IMG/VR virus record: IMGVR_UViG_3300029448_000016
Reading direction: 5' to 3' (one strand)
Source: an uncultured virus (IMG/VR IMGVR_UViG_3300029448_000016)
Lineage: Duplodnaviria > Heunggongvirae > Uroviricota > Caudoviricetes
DNA length: 64,000 nucleotides
Shown: piece by piece, positions 40,117-49,506 of the stretch
Numbering within the stretch: the first letter of the stretch is position 1
Layout: each line of letters opens with the position of its first letter
Program-made: the position numbers and the translations under genes
The notes under the pieces: model-generated
What the model saw: the letters and a program-made list of their open reading frames with translations, nothing else
Databases searched by the model: none
What the model was told of the DNA's origin: nothing

Positions 40117-42338
40117 TCCGCTAAAGACTTTTGTTTTTTATCTAACATAGTTATGGGTGGTTTTCTTTTAACATGTTCTTTCAAGCCAAATTTCATCAGT
40201 AGATTACTTACTACATCCCAATAGTAACGCATGTCTATTGCATCTATTGTTGATATAGATTCTTTAAGAACAAATCCTTCTTTACATCGGGCATAAAAGT
40301 AAGTAGTTCCTTCACTTGGTATTATACCCATAATCTTTCCTTGATTCATTAAGTTAACCATAAGGTCAGTATCTGATTTATACTCATCGTATCCTCTATT
40401 CATTGAACGACGCATTATATAATCATCTAACTTGTATTCAGAAAAGTCATATAAAGAATCTACAAAGTCAGGAGAAACGGTATTATTCAACGCCGCGTCT
40501 GATAACCTATCTAATACCTTGTTATAGAATATAGAGCGGCTCTTAGATTTAAATGTGCTTCCATGCTTTGTAACACTACCATCCAAGTTACGCAATATAT
40601 AATTACCAACTTGTATCCATACACCTTCTAAGAATTCATCTTTATCCATAGATATGTGTTGTGATTCAGTGAACGGTAGGTGGTGTTTCAATAGTCTTTG
40701 AAGTCTTTTACTTAACCACTGCTCATCCACATCCACATTAGTATTAATCCCATCTGTATGTACATATACCACAGAATCCTTTCCATACCTAGAACGGATG
40801 ATGTCGACAGCCGATAGTAGGAGCCAACGGGCAACTGCTGTAATAGTAAGACCGACGCCCATATCGCCGTAAGAAATGTAAGGATTAGCATTGGCACCAT
40901 AAAATGTATTCACCATTATTTTAAGAGCATCGGATTTGCTCTTATCTTCCTTCGTCTTCCCAGCCTTATAAGGTTTTCGCATCTCTTTAAATAGGTTACA
41001 CATCTCATATAGGCAACTTTTTTTACTTTGGTCTATCTGAATCATAAGTCTCTTGTCAACTTTATTGTCAGGAACATAGAGGATTCCATCCTTAAACTCT
41101 ATGTCTGGTGTATAGTCGTCATAGCCCACAATTTTAGTCGTATCGGGTCCTAAGTTGAGAGCCATCGCTACAGAGGGATAATAAGAACTAAAGTCAACTT
41201 TGTAGTTTCTCGGTTCAAAACCCTTTCTATAAAGCTCTATGTGTGCAGCCTGATAATTACCTTTATCGAATCTAAATATCTCTGGGTGTCTCGCTTTGTT
41301 ATTATTAAGCGCTACTATGCCCTGCTCGAATAAACTCCTGCCCTGTAGAATTTTCGTAATGTAGCTACTGGGGGCGTTCACATAGGTTGCTAAGGGGACA
41401 CTGAGTGTCTCTGCTACGTACTGTATTTGTGGAAAATAGTGATTATACATATAGAGCGTACAATCTACATCTGATAAGACATAGTCTTCGATTTCTTCTA
41501 GTGAATAGTCCATCAGAGTTTTGTGTGCGAAGTCGAGCTCAATGGGGTTGAGTCCGAATGCCTGAGATACCTGTTTTAAACCACGTGGTAACCCAGATAG
41601 CGAATAGTCTAGTCGAGCCCATCTTAATAAATCAAGTATAACTCGACCACCAGCGCTCATCTTTAGTTCACGACTGTCTTTAGGAGGTTCATACCCCCAG
41701 CTAGACCCATCTCGGTTGAGATGTTTTTTATATTGGGTTTCGTTTATATGATTATACCTAACTCTGTGTAGAATTTGCGGAATATCATACCCCACCAAAT
41801 TCCACCCCGTAATAATATCAGGGTCATAGTCCTGTACAAAATTAGCGAAGTCCCATAACAATTTTTTATCATCTTCATTTTCGTTATCCCATAAGAATAC
41901 TTTGCGCTCTCCGGTGGAACATACAATGCCAATAGCAACAATAGGGTATTTTTCACCAAAGGGAAATTTACCGTCAGGGGAGTGTGTTTCAATATCAAAC
42001 ACAAGGCATTTAACGTCGTTGTCGTTAGGGTAGTCTGCAAAGAACGTCGGATGTTCTATGCATAACCTTTCGAGTAACGCTTCTCGTCCACCATCAAAGA
42101 GTGCGTGGGTAGGAATATGGTCCTTTCCCGGGGTGTATTCATGTTTCCTTAGTTTGATTGTCTCATCTGAAGCAATCAACTTCTTGGTCTCCCCTTCTTC
42201 GTCTTCGGTATAGAAATAGGGACTGTAGGGTGATTCCACAGCTTCCGTCTCTCCGTTCCTATACATCTTGACCATCAGTTTATTATTTTTAAGATTAATT
42301 GTGCGTTTGTTTATACTACCAATTAGAGGGACTTTCAT
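40107..42338 (-). CDS. polB: Family B DNA polymerase
   Basis: Exo I FDIET, Exo II GWNLVGYD, Exo III YVLSD; pol motifs DFSSYYPS, KIMVNTFYG and YVHTDG; PIP-box-like C-terminus QKSLAEW. Confidence 0.95.
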   Translation of the reverse strand: MKVPLIGSINKRTINLKNNKLMVKMYRNGETEAVESPYSPYFYTEDEEGETKKLIASDETIKLRKHEYTPGKDHIPTHALFDGGREALLERLCIEHPTFFADYPNDNDVKCLVFDIETHSPDGKFPFGEKYPIVAIGIVCSTGERKVFLWDNENEDDKKLLWDFANFVQDYDPDIITGWNLVGYDIPQILHRVRYNHINETQYKKHLNRDGSSWGYEPPKDSRELKMSAGGRVILDLLRWARLDYSLSGLPRGLKQVSQAFGLNPIELDFAHKTLMDYSLEEIEDYVLSDVDCTLYMYNHYFPQIQYVAETLSVPLATYVNAPSSYITKILQGRSLFEQGIVALNNNKARHPEIFRFDKGNYQAAHIELYRKGFEPRNYKVDFSSYYPSVAMALNLGPDTTKIVGYDDYTPDIEFKDGILYVPDNKVDKRLMIQIDQSKKSCLYEMCNLFKEMRKPYKAGKTKEDKSKSDALKIMVNTFYGANANPYISYGDMGVGLTITAVARWLLLSAVDIIRSRYGKDSVVYVHTDGINTNVDVDEQWLSKRLQRLLKHHLPFTESQHISMDKDEFLEGVWIQVGNYILRNLDGSVTKHGSTFKSKSRSIFYNKVLDRLSDAALNNTVSPDFVDSLYDFSEYKLDDYIMRRSMNRGYDEYKSDTDLMVNLMNQGKIMGIIPSEGTTYFYARCKEGFVLKESISTIDAIDMRYYWDVVSNLLMKFGLKEHVKRKPPITMLDKKQKSLAEWI

Positions 42339-42628
42339 TCTTCCTCATCTGGTGTAACGTTCTTAGCAGGTGGTGTTGAGTTTACTTCAATTATTTCTTC
42401 TTCAAGTGCCCACATGTCTATAAGATTAACTGAGTCTTGTATAGCTCTACCCCATGCTCGATGTATTTTAGCTACTACAGCTAAGTCTTCTGGGTCATCT
42501 TCAGGGTCTTCGGGTTCGAACTGACCTGACATGTCATAATGGTAGTCACTCGCTGCTTTCAGCATCTTCTTCCACTGTTCTCTTTCTTCATCAGTGTTGA
42601 CAACTAAATTGTTTAAGTCTGACATCAA
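42335..42628 (-). CDS. Acidic hypothetical protein
   Basis: Track ORF, translationally coupled. Confidence 0.65.
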   Translation of the reverse strand: MMSDLNNLVVNTDEEREQWKKMLKAASDYHYDMSGQFEPEDPEDDPEDLAVVAKIHRAWGRAIQDSVNLIDMWALEEEIIEVNSTPPAKNVTPDEEE

Positions 42629-42942
42629 TGACCTCTATACTCTTCCATTTGTTCTTCAGACATTCTGTTAAATAATTTATCCATATTATTAACCATAAGT
42701 TCTGATAACTTAATATCATACACATCACACAGACGTGTTAGATACCATAGCACATCACCCATTTCATCTATAATGAGGTCGGTATTGTCTATGCGGTCTC
42801 TTATTTCTTTTTTGAATGCACCACCGACTTCGCCGGCTTCGTTCATTAAACCTAACATTAGGTATTCTTTTTCCCTTCTCTTTGGGTATCTTGCTGTTTT
42901 ACGGGTAAAATCCGTATATGTTGTTTCTATTCCTTTTACCAT
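42625..42942 (-). CDS. MazG-like NTP pyrophosphohydrolase
   Basis: LGLMNEAGEV...DEMGDVLWYL. Confidence 0.88.
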   Translation of the reverse strand: MVKGIETTYTDFTRKTARYPKRREKEYLMLGLMNEAGEVGGAFKKEIRDRIDNTDLIIDEMGDVLWYLTRLCDVYDIKLSELMVNNMDKLFNRMSEEQMEEYRGH

Positions 42943-43253
42943 ATATTCAACTCCTGTGGTATTTTACTGAGAACATTCTTTCTCTCAGTTGGCAAATACC
43001 TATATACTAGGTCTGCCTTTTCATTACTCTGTATGACCCATGGTTTGATGATTATTAAATCACGTTCCCTGACCCACATTCTCTTTTTTAATTTGCCACC
43101 GATGCGTATCATTCTAGTGTTACCATCAGCGCATAGGGCTCTAAATCTCGAACCCCCTGACATTTCCGAAACCACCGCAAACTGTTCTCCGCGCCTAGGT
43201 AACCTAAGCTTTCTCGAAATATAGTTTGATGGCTTCGAATTCTTTGTCATCAT
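42936..43253 (-). CDS. eif1a: Translation initiation factor aIF-1A (eIF1A family)
   Basis: RLP..GEQFAVV.EM.GG.R....CADG..R..RI.GKLKKRMWVRE.DLIIIKPW.....KADLVYRY. Confidence 0.92.
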   Translation of the reverse strand: MMTKNSKPSNYISRKLRLPRRGEQFAVVSEMSGGSRFRALCADGNTRMIRIGGKLKKRMWVRERDLIIIKPWVIQSNEKADLVYRYLPTERKNVLSKIPQELNIW

Positions 43254-44817
43254 AATCTCCTTCTGCTTTCAATAGAAAAGACTCATAGTCTTTAATCTTA
43301 GAGTCAGCGGCACTCTTAAATATGTCAGGATAGTCACTATCCACGACATCTACCGCTCTCTTTGCTCTCTCACCCAGTTCAACGTTGTCCCCACTAAACG
43401 GGTCAACAAGCTTGATACTGCTACAACTGCTCCTAATGTATTCTTCAGATACTTCAGGCCAGTTCTCTCGTATAAAGTTTTTTGTTTCTTCAATTAACTC
43501 ACTCCAATTTATTTTTGATGCTGGTTCTGTTATCAATGGACTTTTATAATAGAGTTGACGCTTACCATCATCTTCTACTTCTAGAAATCCAGTCATTAAC
43601 AAACCTGATATTACAGGTTTTAACTTTGTAAAAGGCAACCCTGCTGCCTTAGCTGCTTTCTTTAGTTCACCTTCAGACATCTTTACAGTCTCACTGTCAG
43701 CAAATCCAAACCTATCCATTCTTGTCTCTGGAAAGAGTTTTAATATATCTGTTCCATGACTTGGCATGTGTAAACATTCTTCTACAAATGAATTAAGATA
43801 AATACGTAAGCCTAACCAATTATGTTTAGGTGATACCATACCATAAGTTACACCATCCTTCTCGGTTCGGACTATTTCATCAGGATAAAATCTAGCAATA
43901 GCATTGATTAGTCTCAATAGGTATTGGACCTTAGACCGAGAAACAGGAAAAGCTGAAGGTATAGCATCAAATAAGAAAGGAGCACATGGGTTTTTTAATA
44001 CAGTAGCATCGTCTGCATCTCGTTCTCTTATAGCTTTGATGATGTGTGCCTTTAGTGTTTCGACTTCATCACTACTCATACTTGATAACTTAGTAGGTGG
44101 AGCTGCTGCGTGCATCAGCTTATGTTCTACTACTCTCTCAGTTTGTTTAACTGTGGGATTAGTATGCATAATCATACACCTACGTTCTAACTCAGCATCA
44201 AACATAGCTGAACCTTTATCATTCTCTACAGCTACAGCCATCAATACAAATTTAGGTTCTAAATAGTGAATCTTCGTTGGTGCAGCTTTAGAAGTTACAT
44301 CTGTTCTCTTACGTCTAGCCGTTCTTCCATCTGCCCATGTTTTAATTACTTCCATTACTCCTTCAGGGATTTTCTGTGCTTCAGGTATAGCAACAAATCT
44401 AGCTTTGTTTATGTTTTCCATATCATACCATACCGCAGTCTCAGATAAATGTTCTATTGTATGTATCCAATCTTTAGGTAGAAGTCCTGATATAGCTTCC
44501 ATTAACACTGTCTTCCCTGTTCCACTATAGGCTTTGATACAAAAGTTTGTGTCTTCTAATAAATAAGAAAGACTTGCAGTCAAAGCGAGAGCATCCTCTC
44601 CCAAAATAGGAAAGAGGGTGCCATCTGGTTTCTTTGCATTGTGAAAGTATCTGAGTAAATCATACACTTCTAACTTTGTATGAGGCTCTACTTTCTTTGT
44701 CTTTACCTTTTTAGTATATGTGACACCTTCTTCAGGAGAAAAAGATATGAGATGAGCTGGGACTGCTTTCCCTGTCTCGGCTTGAAGCTTTATGTAATCT
44801 TCAGGTTTCATATCCAT
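43204..44817 (-). CDS. AAA+ P-loop ATPase, probable replicative (MCM-like) helicase
   Basis: Walker A AYSGTGKT, Arg finger ELERR, winged-helix-like C-terminus; in the replication operon. Confidence 0.7.
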   Translation of the reverse strand: MDMKPEDYIKLQAETGKAVPAHLISFSPEEGVTYTKKVKTKKVEPHTKLEVYDLLRYFHNAKKPDGTLFPILGEDALALTASLSYLLEDTNFCIKAYSGTGKTVLMEAISGLLPKDWIHTIEHLSETAVWYDMENINKARFVAIPEAQKIPEGVMEVIKTWADGRTARRKRTDVTSKAAPTKIHYLEPKFVLMAVAVENDKGSAMFDAELERRCMIMHTNPTVKQTERVVEHKLMHAAAPPTKLSSMSSDEVETLKAHIIKAIRERDADDATVLKNPCAPFLFDAIPSAFPVSRSKVQYLLRLINAIARFYPDEIVRTEKDGVTYGMVSPKHNWLGLRIYLNSFVEECLHMPSHGTDILKLFPETRMDRFGFADSETVKMSEGELKKAAKAAGLPFTKLKPVISGLLMTGFLEVEDDGKRQLYYKSPLITEPASKINWSELIEETKNFIRENWPEVSEEYIRSSCSSIKLVDPFSGDNVELGERAKRAVDVVDSDYPDIFKSAADSKIKDYESFLLKAEGDYDDKEFEAIKLYFEKA

Positions 44818-45479
44818 TTTGTTCTCACATTACGTAAACTGAGAACATTGTGTTCACATAGTTTAACTGCATACTTTTTCATTTCTTTTTCATCTATAGC
44901 TGGAAAGTTTTCTTTTAATAATAAAAACAAATCAATCATAGTGATTGGGTCTCCATCTTTATCTTTCAAAAACTCTACTATTTCTTCTGGCACTGCCCAT
45001 ACATAACTCTGTTCTTCACTTGATTCTAAGCTTGGTCTGAACTTCTCTTCCACAAAGGCATCGAGTTCAGTAATACTTAAATCATATCCATTCACTTCTC
45101 TTCCTGACGTTGTCATTACTTTACCTTTCTTAATTTCAAAAACCTTATCGGTTGGGTTGAATCCATTTTCAATTAATATGGTAAAAACTCTTTGAGCTAA
45201 TGTATGAGCACCCACTGTTAGCGTTAAATATTTAACTTGTTTGGACTCACTTGTATAGAGTCCATAAGTGAATTCATTTATCTTAGGTGTATTGTTTTTA
45301 CAGAACACACATTCACCTTCCTTAGCCCAGCACTTGTTTCTTTTCTTAGTTGTAGGATTCCAATGCTTCACTCTATGGATAGGTGATATAAAAGCGAACT
45401 GACCCAAAGCGGTCATTGAATCTTCTAACCATATCCTATCGCTTCGGGTTGACTGAATCCAGTCGTCGTATTCACTCAT
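44808..45479 (-). CDS. Putative Zn-binding ssDNA-binding protein
   Basis: H...C......C..C (KHW...KCW...ECVFC) resembles gp32-type SSBs; next to the helicase. Confidence 0.45.
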   Translation of the reverse strand: MSEYDDWIQSTRSDRIWLEDSMTALGQFAFISPIHRVKHWNPTTKKRNKCWAKEGECVFCKNNTPKINEFTYGLYTSESKQVKYLTLTVGAHTLAQRVFTILIENGFNPTDKVFEIKKGKVMTTSGREVNGYDLSITELDAFVEEKFRPSLESSEEQSYVWAVPEEIVEFLKDKDGDPITMIDLFLLLKENFPAIDEKEMKKYAVKLCEHNVLSLRNVRTKWI

Positions 45480-45850
45480 TCTATTTTTATTATTTTTCCT
45501 TTAGTAGGGGTTATCTTGTGTATAGTTACATCAAGAACTCCGTTGTTGAAGGTTGCTTTTACTTTGTTAGGATTTAATTCAAAATCAAATGATTGACCAA
45601 AATCATAATCTCTATCTTCAGTAGTAGCCTTGAAAGCTACACTCTCTGCATGAACTGAGAGCTCAATATCTTTCTTCTCAACTCCCGGAAGGTCAGCGGT
45701 AAGAACTATACAATCTTCTCTTTCTTCTACTGTTCCTATTTTAGGTTGTGTCCTATTCCAACTCATCTGCCGGTCATCATTCTCAATATGAGAAAGTAAG
45801 TCAACCCACATGTCCATCATGCGTTCAGTGTTCTTATCTGGGAAGAACAT
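45476..45850 (-). CDS. hsp20: Small heat-shock protein (Hsp20)
   Basis: ADLPGVEKKDIEL and KATFNNGVLDVTI alpha-crystallin motifs. Confidence 0.92.
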   Translation of the reverse strand: MFFPDKNTERMMDMWVDLLSHIENDDRQMSWNRTQPKIGTVEEREDCIVLTADLPGVEKKDIELSVHAESVAFKATTEDRDYDFGQSFDFELNPNKVKATFNNGVLDVTIHKITPTKGKIIKIE

Positions 45851-46056
45851 TAGTCCTCCACTGTTGGAGCTGATGCTCCGTCTGTTCTCTTCATTAACCT
45901 GAAGTAAGGTTTGTTGCTACCTTCTTTCCAGTAGGTATTTCTGAACATAACATATTCATCTCCACCCTCAGATTTACCTGAGTAGTAGATGTTTCCGTTT
46001 TTGTCAGTGTTCCGGAACAATCCGGCTGCGAGTTCTAAGCTAGTTTTTTCTGCCAT
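45850..46056 (-). CDS. DUF736-like small protein
   Basis: GLFRNTDKNGNIYYSG...NKPYFRL. Confidence 0.55.
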   Translation of the reverse strand: MAEKTSLELAAGLFRNTDKNGNIYYSGKSEGGDEYVMFRNTYWKEGSNKPYFRLMKRTDGASAPTVED

Positions 46057-46072
46057 TTTTCTTTCCTCCTTT

Positions 46073-46330
46073 TTATTGATGCATATTACCGCTTTGCATC
46101 TGTGCGGTTTTGATATCTATTTCTAATAGCTTCTCTCCATAAGCTCCTATTAGTTTATCTATCGTTTCATTAAAGAATGCCCTAACATCGACTTTCTCGT
46201 TAGGTGCTATCTCCATTTGAAATGTCCCGATGCGTAGAAGATGTGTCATCTTACTTGCATCCATCTTAGCCTGAATTAAATCTCCGGCTAGTTCTGCCAT
46301 TACAGGGTCATTAGAAGATGAATCTGTCAT
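46073..46330 (-). CDS. Hypothetical protein
   Basis: Track ORF in a coupled operon. Confidence 0.6.
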   Translation of the reverse strand: MTDSSSNDPVMAELAGDLIQAKMDASKMTHLLRIGTFQMEIAPNEKVDVRAFFNETIDKLIGAYGEKLLEIDIKTAQMQSGNMHQ

Positions 46331-46577
46331 CGATGACCTCCAACTTGATTAGTATTTTTCTTAAGTTCTTTATCATTCCTTGTGTTTCTCCTATTTTGTT
46401 TTCCAAATCATCAAAACGCTGGGACATCTTATCTATTCTCGCTAAGACGTCTTCCACGTTCTGAACAAATGGAAACCAATTACTCTCTTCGCTATATCTA
46501 GCGTTTCTTCGGCGGATTTCTTCTGCCCATCTTGTGTGATGGTTTACTTCCGCCTTTCTGTCCTCTTCTATTGTCAT
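46311..46577 (-). CDS. Coiled-coil hypothetical protein
   Basis: Track ORF. Confidence 0.6.
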   Translation of the reverse strand: MTIEEDRKAEVNHHTRWAEEIRRRNARYSEESNWFPFVQNVEDVLARIDKMSQRFDDLENKIGETQGMIKNLRKILIKLEVIDDRFIF

Positions 46578-46815
46578 TATTTTGATTCCTTTTTAGTTGT
46601 TTCATGAGTATTTTGTTCTTACGTGGGTTCACATGATGACCCTGTCCTGTCCAACCATCTGTATAATATCGAATGTAACCCATCCAATAATCACGACAGT
46701 TATCCTCAGTTGGTTCTAACCCTCTTATCTTAACCTTTTCCATTAAGCGTTGAACCATCTTATTGTTTTTACCTTTAGCCCAAATTCTTTCGAAAGCTTC
46801 CCATCTTTCGTTCAT
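46498..46815 (-). CDS. Hypothetical protein
   Basis: Track ORF. Confidence 0.55.
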   Translation of the reverse strand: MNERWEAFERIWAKGKNNKMVQRLMEKVKIRGLEPTEDNCRDYWMGYIRYYTDGWTGQGHHVNPRKNKILMKQLKRNQNNDNRRGQKGGSKPSHKMGRRNPPKKR

Positions 46816-46912
46816 AATATATAATGTCCTATTACTGCACCGAATCCAAACCCGAATAAGAATCCTGATACTAACATTACTAAGTCTGAAGATAAATGTA
46901 AATCTTTATCGC

Positions 46913-47245
46913 TCATCCAAACATACTCCCTGTGTAGGTTTTGTGTTCAGGTTCACTTTCTGGAACTGGTTTGAAGCTTTCGGGTGAGTGCTCTTTGGCT
47001 GCTTTTACCATGATTTCTAATACTTTAACATAAGCTAAGATTGACATCTCTTGCCATTTTTTTAACTGATATGTCTTACTTATTTTTTCAAGGCATTCGC
47101 CTATGTGCATTATATCTATTGTATCCATAGCTTTAACTAAAATTTCCCATTCTATCTGTTCGTCTTTACTCATGAGAGATTTAACCTCTAAGGCTTTATC
47201 TTTATTTTGGGCGGCTTTCAAAAAGCCATCTAACATTTCATTCAT
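46913..47245 (-). CDS. Hypothetical protein
   Basis: Track ORF. Confidence 0.6.
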   Translation of the reverse strand: MNEMLDGFLKAAQNKDKALEVKSLMSKDEQIEWEILVKAMDTIDIMHIGECLEKISKTYQLKKWQEMSILAYVKVLEIMVKAAKEHSPESFKPVPESEPEHKTYTGSMFG

Positions 47246-47246
47246 A

Positions 47247-47414
47247 TTAATCTAATATATCCACTTGAACTTTCTTGATGAGGTAATGTCCATCATCATT
47301 CTGGAACCAAACTACATTGTCGCCTGAGTCCATGCTCATATCTTCCAAAATTACATCTGGAATATATATCGATTTATATTCACTTATTCTTTTTATACTA
47401 CTTACTTGTTTCAT
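47247..47414 (-). CDS. AbrB/MazE/SpoVT-family DNA-binding protein (55 aa)
   Basis: Hand-translated MKQVSSIKRISEYKSIYIPDVILEDMSMDSGDNVVWFQNDDGHYLIKKV...; ATGA overlap with the WYL gene. Confidence 0.7.
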   Translation of the reverse strand: MKQVSSIKRISEYKSIYIPDVILEDMSMDSGDNVVWFQNDDGHYLIKKVQVDILD

Positions 47415-47725
47415 TTTACCACCAATCTATCTAATCTATATGCTCTCACATGTTGTTTATGCTGAGAAGTATACTGTTTTAGATTGTATCTGTTGTCTTT
47501 TCCTACTACATAGAAGTTACCTTCTGAAGACATTCTAATATCTTCCGGTAGGATATTCCTTACAGAGTCACTGTCTGAACTGTGCTTCCATGAAGCAAAG
47601 TTAAATTGTGTTCTGTTTTCAGGGTTGTATCTAATACTTACCTGTTTGTGCTGACCTGTCTTCTGATAATGCTTTACAGCATCCATGAGACTGTTGATTT
47701 GTTCTGTTCTATTCATTTTAATCAC
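47411..47725 (-). CDS. Stand-alone WYL-domain protein
   Basis: VSIRY...RNILP...FYVVGKD...RAYRLDRL; TATA box at 47751-47758. Confidence 0.7.
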   Translation of the reverse strand: MIKMNRTEQINSLMDAVKHYQKTGQHKQVSIRYNPENRTQFNFASWKHSSDSDSVRNILPEDIRMSSEGNFYVVGKDNRYNLKQYTSQHKQHVRAYRLDRLVVK

Positions 47726-47936
47726 TGTAATTTAACCAAAACCACCTCCCTATATAAAGGTTATGGTTATGTAAACTGAGAGTTGTATAGCGTATACTCT
47801 CAGTTGGTCCCGTAAAGGGATTTCTAATGGGATTATGTCCATTATTTTTTATCTGCACATCTCGTGCAATAAGCTCGTCCGTCGTAGCTATGAAAAATTG
47901 CTCGACTAAAACAAGCTGGGCATTGTGTAAATGTTT

Positions 47937-48599
47937 TTACCATAGTGTTACCTTAAGTTTTATCCATGCTCTTACTAATCCATTAGGTTTAGGATTCTTG
48001 TAACCTTTCCTAAGTTTCTTTGCACACCAACGATACATTTCATTAGCATATCGTATCGGTTTTCTAACTTTTCGGGGTAGATACTTTAGTCCGAGCTCAC
48101 CAAAAAACAGTGACGCTTCAAACATATCTAAGTATTTATCGTGCTCAGGTCCTATATAATGGTATCCTCTGGCAATATCTTCATCGTAATCTCTAACAAA
48201 ATTAATAATCTGATAAGCTCTACCTAAATGTTCTGCATATGGATAAGCTGATTCAGGTGCATTTAATATCTTAGCCATCATAAGACCAATGACCTCAGCT
48301 GAACCTCTACAATACCTCAACATAGACTCATCATCATGATGCACTTTCTTTGCATCCATTCTCATCGAGTTATAAAAGTCATGTTTCCATTCTTTAGGCA
48401 TATCATATTTTTTGTTTACATAAGCAAAGTTATAAGCTAACCTCTTCAGGTCGCCTACTAACTCGTCTCCGTCGACTATATTATCTACGTGTCTTATAAA
48501 TCCATATAGACTATATACATCTTTTCGCACCTCAGCTGGGAAAGCTTTAGTGCAACAGGCGAATGTTGTTGAACATTTATCCATTACTTCTTTTGTCAT
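47937..48599 (-). CDS. crtB: Phytoene/squalene synthase family protein (CrtB-like)
   Basis: LYGFIRHVDNIVD, YCRGSAEVIGLM and LGRAYQIINFVRDYDED; start set at the ATGA overlap at 48599. Confidence 0.85.
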   Translation of the reverse strand: MTKEVMDKCSTTFACCTKAFPAEVRKDVYSLYGFIRHVDNIVDGDELVGDLKRLAYNFAYVNKKYDMPKEWKHDFYNSMRMDAKKVHHDDESMLRYCRGSAEVIGLMMAKILNAPESAYPYAEHLGRAYQIINFVRDYDEDIARGYHYIGPEHDKYLDMFEASLFFGELGLKYLPRKVRKPIRYANEMYRWCAKKLRKGYKNPKPNGLVRAWIKLKVTLW

Positions 48600-48850
48600 T
48601 TTAATATTAGGTATCCTACAATAAATGCTACTACAATGAGACAGGCCCATATGTATAGCAAATAGTCTAAGACTTCCCATTCCTCTTTCTTTTCTATTTT
48701 CTTTTGTGGTGTTTGCACGACGAAGTGCGGAACACTATTCCAACAATCATCACAGAGATATGCTCTTAGATGAGGTTCATCACTCATGTAATGTATTTTA
48801 CATATATTACAATTATGCCACAATGCTTTATAGTATGTTGGTTGGGTCAT
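48596..48850 (-). CDS. Zn-finger protein with C-terminal TM
   Basis: CNIC...CDDC; hydrophobic C-terminus. Confidence 0.6.
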   Translation of the reverse strand: MTQPTYYKALWHNCNICKIHYMSDEPHLRAYLCDDCWNSVPHFVVQTPQKKIEKKEEWEVLDYLLYIWACLIVVAFIVGYLILK

Positions 48851-48853
48851 ACG

Positions 48854-49003
48854 TCATCGCTTCTTTTTAATTATTCTTTTTACAGGCACCTTAGTTGGTG
48901 CTTCTTTGTATGCTTGAATAAAGTCTACAAATTGTCCACCCTTCTCAGATGAGGCAGGTAGTTTGTATCCTTCGTAAGGTTCTTTAGTTACTCTTTTTTT
49001 CAT
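48854..49003 (-). CDS. Small hypothetical protein (49 aa)
   Basis: Hand-translated; ATGA overlap with the resolvase stop. Confidence 0.5.
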   Translation of the reverse strand: MKKRVTKEPYEGYKLPASSEKGGQFVDFIQAYKEAPTKVPVKRIIKKKR

Positions 49004-49506
49004 ATTACTTGTTCATAGAGCTTATGTAGGTTCCATCTTAGAGGTGCCTTCAATCTCTCAACGAGGTAGGCGTTCTCTTCGAACCAACTCCATTTGATTG
49101 ATTTCTTATTGTTTCTGTTCCTATATAAGTCTTTCGCTTGTTGGGGTGAGATAGCATAAACTTTCTTATTTCTATACTCCTCTCTTCGTATTAAGATGAG
49201 AGATATACCCCCAGCTCGTTCTAATTTTAAACCAGCTTCTATTTGATGCTTAGCGATAGCAGGAGTATTACTATAATATAAAGGAAAGCTACTGAGATTC
49301 CTAGAAGTTTTAGCCTCCACCATAATTGGCCTTCCTCTATAGACTGAGAAGAAGTCAGCGGGTTGTTTCTCTGCCACAGCAATCTTAACAAACCTATTAA
49401 TATCATTTGTATCTTGTATCCTGAACCACCATATATGTTTACTCCCTTGTAAACTCTTTCTTATTTCGTTCTCGAAATTCTTTCCAGTGTCTCGTTTCTT
49501 TCCCAT
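49000..49506 (-). CDS. Holliday junction resolvase (RecU/Hjc-like PD-(D/E)xK)
   Basis: GKNFENEI...PADF...VEAKTS...HQ. Confidence 0.85.
   Translation of the reverse strand: MGKKRDTGKNFENEIRKSLQGSKHIWWFRIQDTNDINRFVKIAVAEKQPADFFSVYRGRPIMVEAKTSRNLSSFPLYYSNTPAIAKHQIEAGLKLERAGGISLILIRREEYRNKKVYAISPQQAKDLYRNRNNKKSIKWSWFEENAYLVERLKAPLRWNLHKLYEQVI

Noticed and set aside
32664..44817. Inteins or introns in RNR, PolB or helicase
   Set aside because: Protein lengths are compact, and no intein splice motifs or frame interruptions were seen.
47804..47830. tRNA 3' end (AATCCCTTTACGGGACCA on the minus strand)
   Set aside because: No matching 5' acceptor strand or T-loop; it forms only a local hairpin.
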